Virus record (IMG/VR): IMGVR_UViG_3300045944_000246
Location: 1 to 34,706 of that record
From: a virus
Taxonomy: Duplodnaviria > Caudoviricetes
Reading direction: 5' to 3' (one strand)
DNA length: 34,706 nucleotides
Numbering within the stretch: position 1 is the first letter of the stretch; each line of letters opens with the position of its first letter. The position numbers and the translations under genes are program-made. The notes under the pieces were generated by a model. The model did no database searches. It saw only the letters and a list, made by a program, of their open reading frames with translations, and had not been told where the DNA came from. Positions 17,801-24,841 of this stretch are shown in pieces.

Positions 17801-19231
17801 CGAGACTTCACCGAGCGCACCGCTGATTTCGTTCGTCGCGCCGTTGAACTTCACGAACGAGGCCGCCGCCGCCTCCTGGGCCGGGGTCGCGTCGCGCATC
17901 GAGTCGCGGACGTGATCGACGCCGTCCTTCACCTTCTCCAGCGCCGCCGCGCCGAGGATCAGCGGCGCGAACCACTGCGACGTGAAGTTCGCGAGGAACG
18001 CCTGGACCGGCTTCGTGTCGAGCGCCTGCGACAGCTTATTCAGCGCGTCAACGAGCAGCGCTAACTGCGGCAGCGCTTGCTCGCCGATCTTGATCCCGAG
18101 CGTCTCGATACTCCCGGAGAGCGCGTCCATCTTGCCGGCGAGCGTCTCCTGCCGCGCCGCGCTCATTTCCGCGACGCCGTTCGCCGCCGACATCTGCGTC
18201 TGGAAGTCCTGCCAGCCGGTCGTCCCGGTCATGACCGACTTCGTCTGCGCGTCCATCAACGCCGTAAAGGCACGGATGCCATCCGAACCGAACAGGAGCT
18301 CGGCGGTCGTCACGCGCTGCTCTTGCGTGAGGCCGGCGAACGCCGCTGACAGGTTCTGCAGGATCTGCGGGAACGGCAGGAACTTCCCGGCCGCGTCGAA
18401 GGCCGAGAACCCTAACTGGTCCATCGCCGCCTTCGCCTCTTTGCTCGACGGCGTCAGGCCGGAGATGAATGCCTTCAGCGAGGTGCCGGCGTCGGACGCC
18501 TTCAGTCCGGCGTTGCCGAGGAGACCGACCGCCGTCGCGAACTCGTCGACCGAGAGTCCGGCTGAGGCGGCCGCCAGGCCGCCCGCCGACATCGACCGCG
18601 CCATCTGATCGATGTCGATGCTCGATGCGTTCGCCGCCTTCGCCAGCGTGTCGGCGGTTCCGGCCGCATCGCCGGCGCCGAGCTTGAAGACGTTCAAGCT
18701 ATCGGAGATCAGCGTCGCCATGTTCGAGACGGACGAACCGGTCGCCTCCGACAACTGGACGACCGTCCGCGCCACGCCGCCGACCACGTCCTCGACCGAG
18801 ATGCCGGAGCGGGCCAGTTCGCCCATCGCCGCCGCCGCCTCGGACGCGCTCTTACTCGTATCGGCGCCGATCCGGAGCGCCTCCTCGCGCATCGCCGCCA
18901 TCTGCGCCTTCGTCGCGTTCGTCGACGCGCCGATCGCGGCGAGCGTCGACTGGAACTCCATCGCCTTGCCGATCGTTCCGGCGATCGCGGTGGTGAGCGC
19001 CTGCTGGGCCGACGAGACCCCGGCCATGCCGACGCCGAACGAGAGCGCCGACTTCGCCGCCCCGGAAAAGGCGGAGCCCATCGAGGTCGCGGACTTCGCC
19101 GTCGAGGAGGTCGCCGCGTCCGCCTTACTCGCCGACGCCGCCAGCGCCGAGTCCCATTGGCGCAGTGACGCCGTCGCCGCGCTCGTATCGAACGTGACCG
19201 ACCCGCGTAACGAGGCAACGTCCTGGGTCAT
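14840..19231 (-). CDS. Tape measure protein
   Basis: 1463 aa, Ala-rich helical; TP901-type core (MREEALRIGADT...GLKASDAGTSLK...LFGSDG). Confidence 0.95.
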   Translation of the reverse strand: MTQDVASLRGSVTFDTSAATASLRQWDSALAASASKADAATSSTAKSATSMGSAFSGAAKSALSFGVGMAGVSSAQQALTTAIAGTIGKAMEFQSTLAAIGASTNATKAQMAAMREEALRIGADTSKSASEAAAAMGELARSGISVEDVVGGVARTVVQLSEATGSSVSNMATLISDSLNVFKLGAGDAAGTADTLAKAANASSIDIDQMARSMSAGGLAAASAGLSVDEFATAVGLLGNAGLKASDAGTSLKAFISGLTPSSKEAKAAMDQLGFSAFDAAGKFLPFPQILQNLSAAFAGLTQEQRVTTAELLFGSDGIRAFTALMDAQTKSVMTGTTGWQDFQTQMSAANGVAEMSAARQETLAGKMDALSGSIETLGIKIGEQALPQLALLVDALNKLSQALDTKPVQAFLANFTSQWFAPLILGAAALEKVKDGVDHVRDSMRDATPAQEAAAASFVKFNGATNEISGALGEVSTAARGAGQALETAARPAQPFAAALAAVEKAAKDGKSSLEAMGKAIDDLAGQGTAAEQVWDRQGKSLDAIAKNAKAATTELNPAQVKDWTYAAREFADQTGMSADELKRLDGSLRLVEKGGPAAQQGLKQIDDLLKPHQERVSSMTAAYRSTAEAQAALAKEQLGLGGSMADLKQAVVDMTATFLASMRQLPPNIATISAEVRASIYQMLPPDLYQKALELGMGFSAGLAAGIRANGDGVAAAARDVAASASGAASQMLQTQSPSKVAMAIGRDWTEGLAIGISSGEREALAAVSRLTLHIEQLQDQLRYAEPFSAHAAAIEQQITIYEAWKGKIEGVLKVHELELQMIEANTSALDKFNQERAKATAAADLRRLVGAGAADAITAAGTAVATGDRGDIQAALRAWDTFVETLRTRGVADFAAIGEAGRDAIAEALAATTPEEAQAALAGLTTLTAPLETALREAATLSASTYNQAYAAAVADEATRQRVGEKGMALVRAVTEAVTNGSPQTIAALATAQVAYEAELTKLPTFIGGPLRAQVQAAMQAVAASPNDPEVVAERDAALAASNAALQVIPANFDALAPQVQASVLRMWEAVQAGSITGEEAARRVAGVTAIIGDDFDRLPSRVQASLATLASAVENGLLDTREAARRGEAVSEIIGKDFNRLPPIVRAALSTFANAVENGMMSAAEATERASEITRFALKALESEFPEVRRAAEAYIQSLVEGGPVNYEFADGLKTVEEQARLTARGLADAAAEAQRLAIAQRDANNAAANYRPPASGPRGTGGATAEGGGSEFRTTSGAPASGVEPGNPFGIDNSGLVESRSGWSLDMLPSALVNFGINEGWVHGGQWWLPGVGWQPGGSFTDVFNNEVAAGMVMMQGGMSALFDYQRRQAEHNQRLADMQLQMNDPTGQLWKLTMAARTLGRETDPTEETNRLLEEILTELRNQQQRNTSAAVPVSTGGGGGYTTGVIDGTILSTRGL

Positions 19232-19243
19232 GCGCCGAATCCT

Positions 19244-19450
19244 TTACCGCCGGCTGCGACTGCCGCGTCGCGTCGCCGTCTCCGTCTCCCGCGCGACCCA
19301 GCGGTCGTAGGCGTTTGCCTCGCTGAACTCCGCCGGACTCATGACGGCGTCGAGGAATCGCGGGTGCGGGAGGCCGCAGGCGCGGGCGAGTTGGAACTGG
19401 TAGAGCGTGTAGCCGCCGCGTCCGGCGTCGAGGCGGCTGCGCCGAAAAGC
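19244..19450 (-). CDS. -1 frame extension of the tail assembly chaperone (gpGT-like)
   Basis: After G CTT TTC (19444-19450) the -1 frame reads RRSRLDAGRGGYTLYQFQLARACGLPHPRFLDAVMSPAEFSEANAYDRW... to TAA 19244, just before the tape measure RBS. Confidence 0.7.
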   Translation of the reverse strand, partial: AFRRSRLDAGRGGYTLYQFQLARACGLPHPRFLDAVMSPAEFSEANAYDRWVARETETATRRGSRSRR

Positions 19451-19803
19451 GCGCGGAACGCCTCGGCCGGTTCGAGGAAGGTCAGCTTATTGATCGCCTC
19501 GTCGAGCGCCGTCGTGATGTACGGATGCATCGCCGCGACGACCGCGATCGCCTGGGCCGGGTCATCGAGCCAGACCGACCGGAGGTCCGGCTCAACCAGA
19601 CAGCGCGCGATCATCTGCTGCCGATACAGGTTGTAGTCCGTCTCGCCGCCGGCCATCCGGCAGTCCGCCGCGATCTCGCGCAGGTCGTTCTGCGTGAGCG
19701 CCTGGACGCGCATCCGTCCGACGCCGTCGAGGTCGACGTCGAGCTCGAGGCGCGGCAGCGCACGGAGTGCGTCGAGCGAGAGATAGCCGTTTGCGCTCGC
19801 CAT
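19339..19803 (-). CDS. Tail assembly chaperone (gpG-like)
   Basis: Between major tail and tape measure genes; GGAGGA RBS; IARCLVEPDL motif. Confidence 0.82.
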   Translation of the reverse strand: MASANGYLSLDALRALPRLELDVDLDGVGRMRVQALTQNDLREIAADCRMAGGETDYNLYRQQMIARCLVEPDLRSVWLDDPAQAIAVVAAMHPYITTALDEAINKLTFLEPAEAFRALFGAAASTPDAAATRSTSSNSPAPAASRTRDSSTPS

Positions 19804-19891
19804 CCGGTGTCCTCCACGGTCTACGCCGGACGGGGCCGGTGACACCGGAGCACCAACCCCGCCCGGACGCAGGCCGAGTATATGCGCCACC

Positions 19892-20308
19892 CTACGGAAC
19901 GGTCGCGCGCAGGATCGTGCCGGTCGGTTTCATCGTCACGGCGCGCACGGCCACATCCGTATACGGGTAATCGTCGTTTGCCTGACTGACGAAGCCTGGA
20001 AACGTCACGCGCCGCTTGAGCGGCACCTTGCCGGCCGGATAGTAGACGAGCGTCCCGCGCGCGCCCGGTATGAACAGGTCTTCAACCGTGAGCGACGTGT
20101 CGTCGAGCACGACCTCAAAGCTGAGTTCGGCATCAGCGAGCGTCACCACGTACACATGGTTCGCGTCGCCGTAGCCGCTTGCGTCGGCGTCGTCGACGGA
20201 GGCGTTCAGACTCAAGTCCCGGCCCTGCGCGCCGATCGTCGAGAACGTCGTGCCGCCGGTCGGCGTCCACTCGATCACCATTAAAAGTCCGGCGGAGAAC
20301 TTCGCCAT
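19892..20308 (-). CDS. Major tail (tube) protein, copy B
   Basis: 138 aa; ...LVYYPAG...VTFPGFV... tube-like pattern; precedes the chaperone. Confidence 0.82.
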   Translation of the reverse strand: MAKFSAGLLMVIEWTPTGGTTFSTIGAQGRDLSLNASVDDADASGYGDANHVYVVTLADAELSFEVVLDDTSLTVEDLFIPGARGTLVYYPAGKVPLKRRVTFPGFVSQANDDYPYTDVAVRAVTMKPTGTILRATVP

Positions 20309-20321
20309 CGCTCATCCCTCC

Positions 20322-20738
20322 TTACGGGTTGACGCCGCGCACGATCGTGCCGGTTGGCTTCATCGTGATCGCGCGGATCGCGACATCGGTATAGGGGAAA
20401 TCGTCGTTTGCCTGACTGACGAAGCCTGGAAACGTCACCTTGCGTTTGCCCGCCGTGACCCCGGCCGGCGAGAAGATCAGCGTGCCGCGTGCGCCGGGGA
20501 TAAACAGATCCTCGACGGTGAGCGTCGTGTCGTCGAGGAGGAGCTCAAAACTGAGCTCGGCATCCGCCAGCGTCACCACGTAGACGTGATTGGCGTCGCC
20601 GTAGCCGGAGGCGTCCGCGTCGTCAACGCTCGCGTTCAAGCTGAGGTCGCGGCCCTGCGCGCCGATCGTCGTGACGACCGTCGAACCAGACGGCGTCCAG
20701 GAGATCACCATTGTCAAGCCAGCAGAGAATTTCGCCAC
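20322..20738 (-). CDS. Major tail (tube) protein, copy A
   Basis: 138 aa; 113/138 identical to copy B by manual count; GAGGAGGT RBS, GTG start. Confidence 0.82.
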   Translation of the reverse strand: MAKFSAGLTMVISWTPSGSTVVTTIGAQGRDLSLNASVDDADASGYGDANHVYVVTLADAELSFELLLDDTTLTVEDLFIPGARGTLIFSPAGVTAGKRKVTFPGFVSQANDDFPYTDVAIRAITMKPTGTIVRGVNP

Positions 20739-20775
20739 CGTATGACCTCCTCACAGAAGTAGCATGGCTATTATC

Positions 20776-20786
20776 TGTGGTATACT
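20776..20786 (+). promoter_or_regulatory. Extended -10 promoter for HNH 2 (TGTGGTATACT)
   Basis: TGnTATACT followed by a GGGAGG RBS and ATG 20805. Confidence 0.65.
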
Positions 20787-20804
20787 GCCGCGGGAGGGCC
20801 CCGC

Positions 20805-21386
20805 ATGACATCCCACATCTGCCTGGTCTGCGGCACGCCGTTCGAACGACCGGCGTGGCAGTCGCCGCGGTTTTGTTCTCGTACCTGCGCCGGCGTTGTG
20901 CGGCGCGGACGGCCACCATATGAGCGGCCATTCACGGTGGACGGCTTCTGGGCGAAGGTTGATCGCGGTGCCGGCACCGATGCCTGCTGGACGTGGCGGG
21001 GAAAGCGAAACCGCCATGGCTATGGTGTGCTTCAGGCAGCACGCAAACCGCTGCGCGCTCACCGGGTCGCGTATGAGTTGGCGCATGGCTCCATCCCGGA
21101 CGGCGTCTGGGTCTTGCATCACTGCGACAATCCGCCGTGTGTGCGACCCGACCATCTCTTCCTCGGCCGGCAGGCTGAGAACATGGCCGATGCCGCCCGC
21201 AAGAACCGGGCGGAGTACGGCACACGCCGCCACAGTGCCGTCCTGACCGATGACGCCGTGCGCGTCATCCGCTCCCGCTATGCTGCCGGAGGCGTCACCC
21301 AGGCAACCCTTGCCCGTGAGTGGCATGTCTCTCAAAGCCTCATCAACCGCGTCATTCTCCACACCAAGTGGCGGCATGTTCTCTAG
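20805..21386 (+). CDS. HNH homing endonuclease 2, antisense to the late operon
   Basis: CLVC/FCSRTC, CWTWRG..GYG, AHR, VLHHCDNPPCVRPDHL..EN, C-terminal HTH. Confidence 0.93.
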   Translation: MTSHICLVCGTPFERPAWQSPRFCSRTCAGVVRRGRPPYERPFTVDGFWAKVDRGAGTDACWTWRGKRNRHGYGVLQAARKPLRAHRVAYELAHGSIPDGVWVLHHCDNPPCVRPDHLFLGRQAENMADAARKNRAEYGTRRHSAVLTDDAVRVIRSRYAAGGVTQATLAREWHVSQSLINRVILHTKWRHVL

Positions 21387-21598
21387 GCGCTTGGCTCCGG
21401 GTCGATCCCGGCGTCAGCGAGCGTCGCCGCGAGTTGGGCCGCGTCGCGTTCCTGCTGCGCCTTGAGGATCGGCGTCGCGTCCGCCTTCTTGACCTTGACC
21501 CAGCCGTTGCGCTCGTAGAACGCCGTGTCCGCACCCTGCTCCGGGTCAAGTCCCAGCACCGTCTGACCGCTCGGTGCCTTCCACCATTCCTCCGCCAT
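21383..21598 (-). CDS. In-frame nested 71-aa protein (MAEEWWKAPSG...)
   Basis: AAAGGAG RBS 6 nt before internal ATG 21598. Confidence 0.6.
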   Translation of the reverse strand: MAEEWWKAPSGQTVLGLDPEQGADTAFYERNGWVKVKKADATPILKAQQERDAAQLAATLADAGIDPEPSA

Positions 21599-22288
21599 GT
21601 CGCGCTCCTTTCGGTCCGGTCGCACCGGGTAGTACGGCAGCGCCGTCGACCCGCCGTGACAGATGATCTCGTCGGCTCCGTCGTTCGCGCGCCCACCCGC
21701 CTTCGTGAGTTCGAGATGCCCGACCCGGCCGTCCTCGAGCAGCGCGATCGACAGACCGGCGGCGCGCACGTCGCGACAGAAGCGTTGGTCATGCCCGCCG
21801 GCGTGCTCCGGCACGGTCGTCTCTTTCCAGCCGCCGTCATAGACGAGCCGCAGTGGTCCGACCGAGAACGGCGGATGGGGGAGCACGTCGAACACGTCGC
21901 GGCGGATGAGGGTGCAGCCGAAGCCGCAGAGGACCGCCGACCCATCCTCGGCGCGCATCACCGACGAGAGGCCGTTGCGCAGCAGGTAGGGTGCCGCGGC
22001 GACCGGCGCGGAAAGCGCGAGCAGGTCGGTGAGCACGCCCTGGCCGACGAGGTTGTCGTCCTCGACGAACCAGAGATGGGTAACGCCTGGGTCGGAGAGC
22101 GCGAGTGCCGCGGCGACGTTGTTCGCGTCGGGCAGTGGGTAGCCGATCGCCGGGGCGAGGACGTACGGATAGCCACTGCGGGTGAGTTCGGCGAGCGCCG
22201 AGAAGACGGAACGCAGATGCCCGACGCCGCGCGTGGGCATACAGAGCGCGATCACGGGCGCGGAGCCGTTCGACCGTGCGGCACTCAT
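21383..22288 (-). CDS. GT-A fold (GT2-like) glycosyltransferase with a fused C-terminal segment
   Basis: IALCMPTRG, THLWFVEDD (DxD-like), GFGCTLIRRDVF, GHDQRFC; ATG overlaps the upstream stop. Confidence 0.8.
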   Translation of the reverse strand: MSAARSNGSAPVIALCMPTRGVGHLRSVFSALAELTRSGYPYVLAPAIGYPLPDANNVAAALALSDPGVTHLWFVEDDNLVGQGVLTDLLALSAPVAAAPYLLRNGLSSVMRAEDGSAVLCGFGCTLIRRDVFDVLPHPPFSVGPLRLVYDGGWKETTVPEHAGGHDQRFCRDVRAAGLSIALLEDGRVGHLELTKAGGRANDGADEIICHGGSTALPYYPVRPDRKERDMAEEWWKAPSGQTVLGLDPEQGADTAFYERNGWVKVKKADATPILKAQQERDAAQLAATLADAGIDPEPSA

Positions 22289-22533
22289 GCATCGCCTCCA
22301 CGACGAAGCGGTGGGCCACCCACCGGCCGCCGACAGGCGGGGCAGCCGCCCGTACAGACGCCGTCGTCGCCGCCACGATGCCACGGGTGGGAGCGGAGAT
22401 AGACGTGGCCGCACAGAACACACCGCGGTGCGGCCACGGCCTCCCGCAGGGCGTCTGACCACTCCGGCCGAGGGGACGACATCCACCGCTGCCACACAGC
22501 CAGCCACGCCTCGTTAGACGGTTCGGCACTCAT
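22285..22533 (-). CDS. Small Cys-rich zinc-binding protein
   Basis: CVLCGH...CTGGCPAC; GGAG RBS; stop overlaps the glycosyltransferase start. Confidence 0.6.
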   Translation of the reverse strand: MSAEPSNEAWLAVWQRWMSSPRPEWSDALREAVAAPRCVLCGHVYLRSHPWHRGGDDGVCTGGCPACRRPVGGPPLRRGGDA

Positions 22534-22957
22534 ACATCGCTCCGACCTGTAGCCTGGGCCGTGTCTCGTCATCGACATCCGGTGGCGACGCCTCCGGAAC
22601 GCCCCCGACCCACCGCACCGACCACACGCTCTGGCCGCTCACGCTGAGTGCGTTGCCCAGGACCGCGTGCGCGCGGTTGAGTGCCGCGTAACAGCGGTCA
22701 TAGGCGCCCACGCCTCCGGCATAGCCACGTTCGAATGCCATCAGGCGCAGGACCACCCGCCGGCCCTCCTCGCCGTAGCCGTTCGCCTCATCAACCGGAT
22801 CAGCCTGGACGCCGTACTCAAACTGGGGCAGGGCCCAGTCGACCTGGGCCGGTAGCACACCGTTCCACACGCCGCCCACCAGCGTCATCAGCGTGGCGTC
22901 GGCGACGAGCTTGCCGCGAAAGGCGACCTTCAGCGCGTTCAGGTCCGGCAGTGCCAT
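22514..22957 (-). CDS. Tail terminator/completion protein
   Basis: Position after gp10; LVADATLMTLVGGVWNG N-terminus typical of DUF3168-like proteins. Confidence 0.75.
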   Translation of the reverse strand: MALPDLNALKVAFRGKLVADATLMTLVGGVWNGVLPAQVDWALPQFEYGVQADPVDEANGYGEEGRRVVLRLMAFERGYAGGVGAYDRCYAALNRAHAVLGNALSVSGQSVWSVRWVGGVPEASPPDVDDETRPRLQVGAMYECRTV

Positions 22958-23277
22958 CAGGCAAACGCCTCCTTGGCCAGGGCGCCGACCTGCCGGCCGG
23001 CCTCATAGAAGGCGGGGATGAAATAGGGGCGGGCGGACATGCGGCTCGTTCCGAACTCGACATAGATGCCGTAGACGACGCTCACGAACACCAGCCAGCG
23101 GCCGGCCGCCTCCCGCACCGCACTGATACTGCGCGCCAGATTCCCGGTCCGCTTCGGTGCGAGCCGGACGGCAATCTCCTGCACCAGCAGCGCAACCTTC
23201 GCCGCCAGTGCATCGGCCTTCGCCGGAAGGGCGGCGATGTAGGCGCGCAAGCGGTCGCCCTCGTACGACATCGGCAT
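22957..23277 (-). CDS. HK97 gp10-family neck protein
   Basis: APKRTGNLARSI...YGIYVEFGTSRMSARPYFIPA signature. Confidence 0.9.
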   Translation of the reverse strand: MPMSYEGDRLRAYIAALPAKADALAAKVALLVQEIAVRLAPKRTGNLARSISAVREAAGRWLVFVSVVYGIYVEFGTSRMSARPYFIPAFYEAGRQVGALAKEAFA

Positions 23278-23278
23278 C

Positions 23279-23659
23279 TCAGCCCACCACCGTCTGTTCG
23301 CGGAGCAGCGCCGCCACGGTTAGCTGGTCGGTTGCGTACGCCGTCACCGCAATCACCGTGAACGCCCGCCCCTTGCCCTCAACGCTCCACCCCGGCACCA
23401 CCCGCGCACCGTAGGGCAGGAGCAACAGCCAGTCTCGACCCACCGTCACCTGTTGCCCGAACAGTCGCGTGAGCGCCTGCACGGCGGTCGCGGTTAAGCG
23501 GCAGCGGACGCCACGGGTTTCCGTGACGGCGCCACGCGCGGTGCCGCCCGAGGGCAGCACGGCCGCAGCCGCGGGAGCAAACAAGGAGACCGTGTCGGGA
23601 AACCAATATAGCGCAAAGGCACGGCGGAAGAGTCGGGGGTCGGTGAGGGAACGCGCCAT
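23279..23659 (-). CDS. Head-tail adaptor/stopper protein
   Basis: Position, size, GVRCRL and LLLPYGA beta motifs. Confidence 0.7.
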   Translation of the reverse strand: MARSLTDPRLFRRAFALYWFPDTVSLFAPAAAAVLPSGGTARGAVTETRGVRCRLTATAVQALTRLFGQQVTVGRDWLLLLPYGARVVPGWSVEGKGRAFTVIAVTAYATDQLTVAALLREQTVVG

Positions 23660-24135
23660 TAAAATGCGAGCTCCCGGTACGACCGCTTCCGCAGCGCCTC
23701 GGCCCGCTCGCGCAGTTCGGTGGCCAGTTTCGTGCCGTCCAATTGCGTCCCGTCCGGCAGGCGCGCGACCTTGATCAGGAGGGCCTGGTCGGAGGCAATC
23801 CGGTCGAGCATCAGCGCCGCCGCATAGCGGATATCCGTATCAAGGCTCCGAACGATCTCGTAGTCGCGGTCGCTCACGAGCACGTGCTCCACCTCCGCCA
23901 CGATCGCCGCGCCATCGTCTGGTGCCTGCTCAAAGATCAGCAGCCCGTGACCGTAGCGGACCGCGTAGGCGACATCGAGCACGACGGGGGCACCGTCGAC
24001 CGTGACCGACACCGACCCTTCAACGAGCGGCGCGTTCGGCGTCTGAAACGTCGTGCGGACGCCGTCGCCCTCGAATGTCACCTCCTCGTAGCGGGGCAGG
24101 TCGCCGGTGAGCACCCGCATCTCTTCAACCGTCAT
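23659..24135 (-). CDS. Head-tail connector with an inserted beta-sandwich domain
   Basis: Helical ends (MRVLTGD; VSDRDY...YAAALMLDRIA) flank GDGVRTTF...LIFEQAPDDGAAIVA. Confidence 0.7.
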   Translation of the reverse strand: MTVEEMRVLTGDLPRYEEVTFEGDGVRTTFQTPNAPLVEGSVSVTVDGAPVVLDVAYAVRYGHGLLIFEQAPDDGAAIVAEVEHVLVSDRDYEIVRSLDTDIRYAAALMLDRIASDQALLIKVARLPDGTQLDGTKLATELRERAEALRKRSYRELAF

Positions 24136-24398
24136 GCCGTCGCTCCCACCACGAAGAGGTAGCCGGCAGCATCCAGCGGGCCGGCGTCAACGGTGAGCAC
24201 GGTCCCCGCGGCCGGAACCTCCTGCGGAGCACCCCCCGTGAGCGGCACGAAGTAGGCACCCGTGACGGCACGGAAGTCGGCGGCGAGGTCGAGCGTGTCG
24301 CCGGCGGTGACGGCGCTCAGTCCGTAGAGCGCCGCACGCATCCCGCCGTCGCCACGGCGGTGGAGGAGCGTCACCTGTGCCTGCGCAAGTGCGGCCAT
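24132..24398 (-). CDS. Hypothetical virion-region protein (88 aa)
   Basis: Tiles the operon; overlapping stop and start. Confidence 0.65.
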   Translation of the reverse strand: MAALAQAQVTLLHRRGDGGMRAALYGLSAVTAGDTLDLAADFRAVTGAYFVPLTGGAPQEVPAAGTVLTVDAGPLDAAGYLFVVGATA

Positions 24399-24401
24399 CG
24401 C

Positions 24402-24509
24402 CTACGCCCTCCGTACGACCATCAACACGGCAATCACCGCGACGCCGAGGGCGACAACGGCCGAGCAGAAGCCCTGGAAATCCGGGTCGGTGAGGAACGA
24501 CAGGACCAC
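24402..24509 (-). CDS. 35-aa single-TM peptide
   Basis: GTG after GAGG; VVLSFLTDPDFQGFCSAVVALGVAVIAVLMVVRRA fills the gap between genes. Confidence 0.5.
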   Translation of the reverse strand: MVLSFLTDPDFQGFCSAVVALGVAVIAVLMVVRRA

Positions 24510-24516
24510 GGCCGCC

Positions 24517-24831
24517 TCACTTCGTCGGGGCGCGGGCGCGCATCTTGTTGGGTGCGCGCCCGCGCTGCTTCCGTGCTTCCGGTTCGGGTTCCAGCGGCAG
24601 TTCCGGCTGCTCCGCCGGTTCGGGTTCGGGTTCGGGCTCCGGTTCCGCCTCGACGGGTGGTTCCTCCTCCACCTCCGGCTCGGTGGGTGGTGCGGCAGCG
24701 CGCACCCGGAAGGCATCCGGGTAGCGCGCGACCCGCTCACGCGACAGCGTGTAGACAGTCCCAGCCATATAGCGGTCATCTCCAATCATGCGCGTCACGA
24801 GACACAGGGCCTCGACGGTCTCCGCTGCCAT
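24517..24831 (-). CDS. Small post-capsid protein with a Pro/Glu-rich linker
   Basis: Directly after the capsid gene; EPEPEP repeats; basic tail. Confidence 0.7.
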   Translation of the reverse strand: MAAETVEALCLVTRMIGDDRYMAGTVYTLSRERVARYPDAFRVRAAAPPTEPEVEEEPPVEAEPEPEPEPEPAEQPELPLEPEPEARKQRGRAPNKMRARAPTK

Positions 24832-24841
24832 CGCCGTCCCC

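Noticed and set aside
24590-24680. GAACCC/GAACCG repeats, also at 8370-8400
   Set aside because: Explained by Pro-Glu linkers in coding sequence
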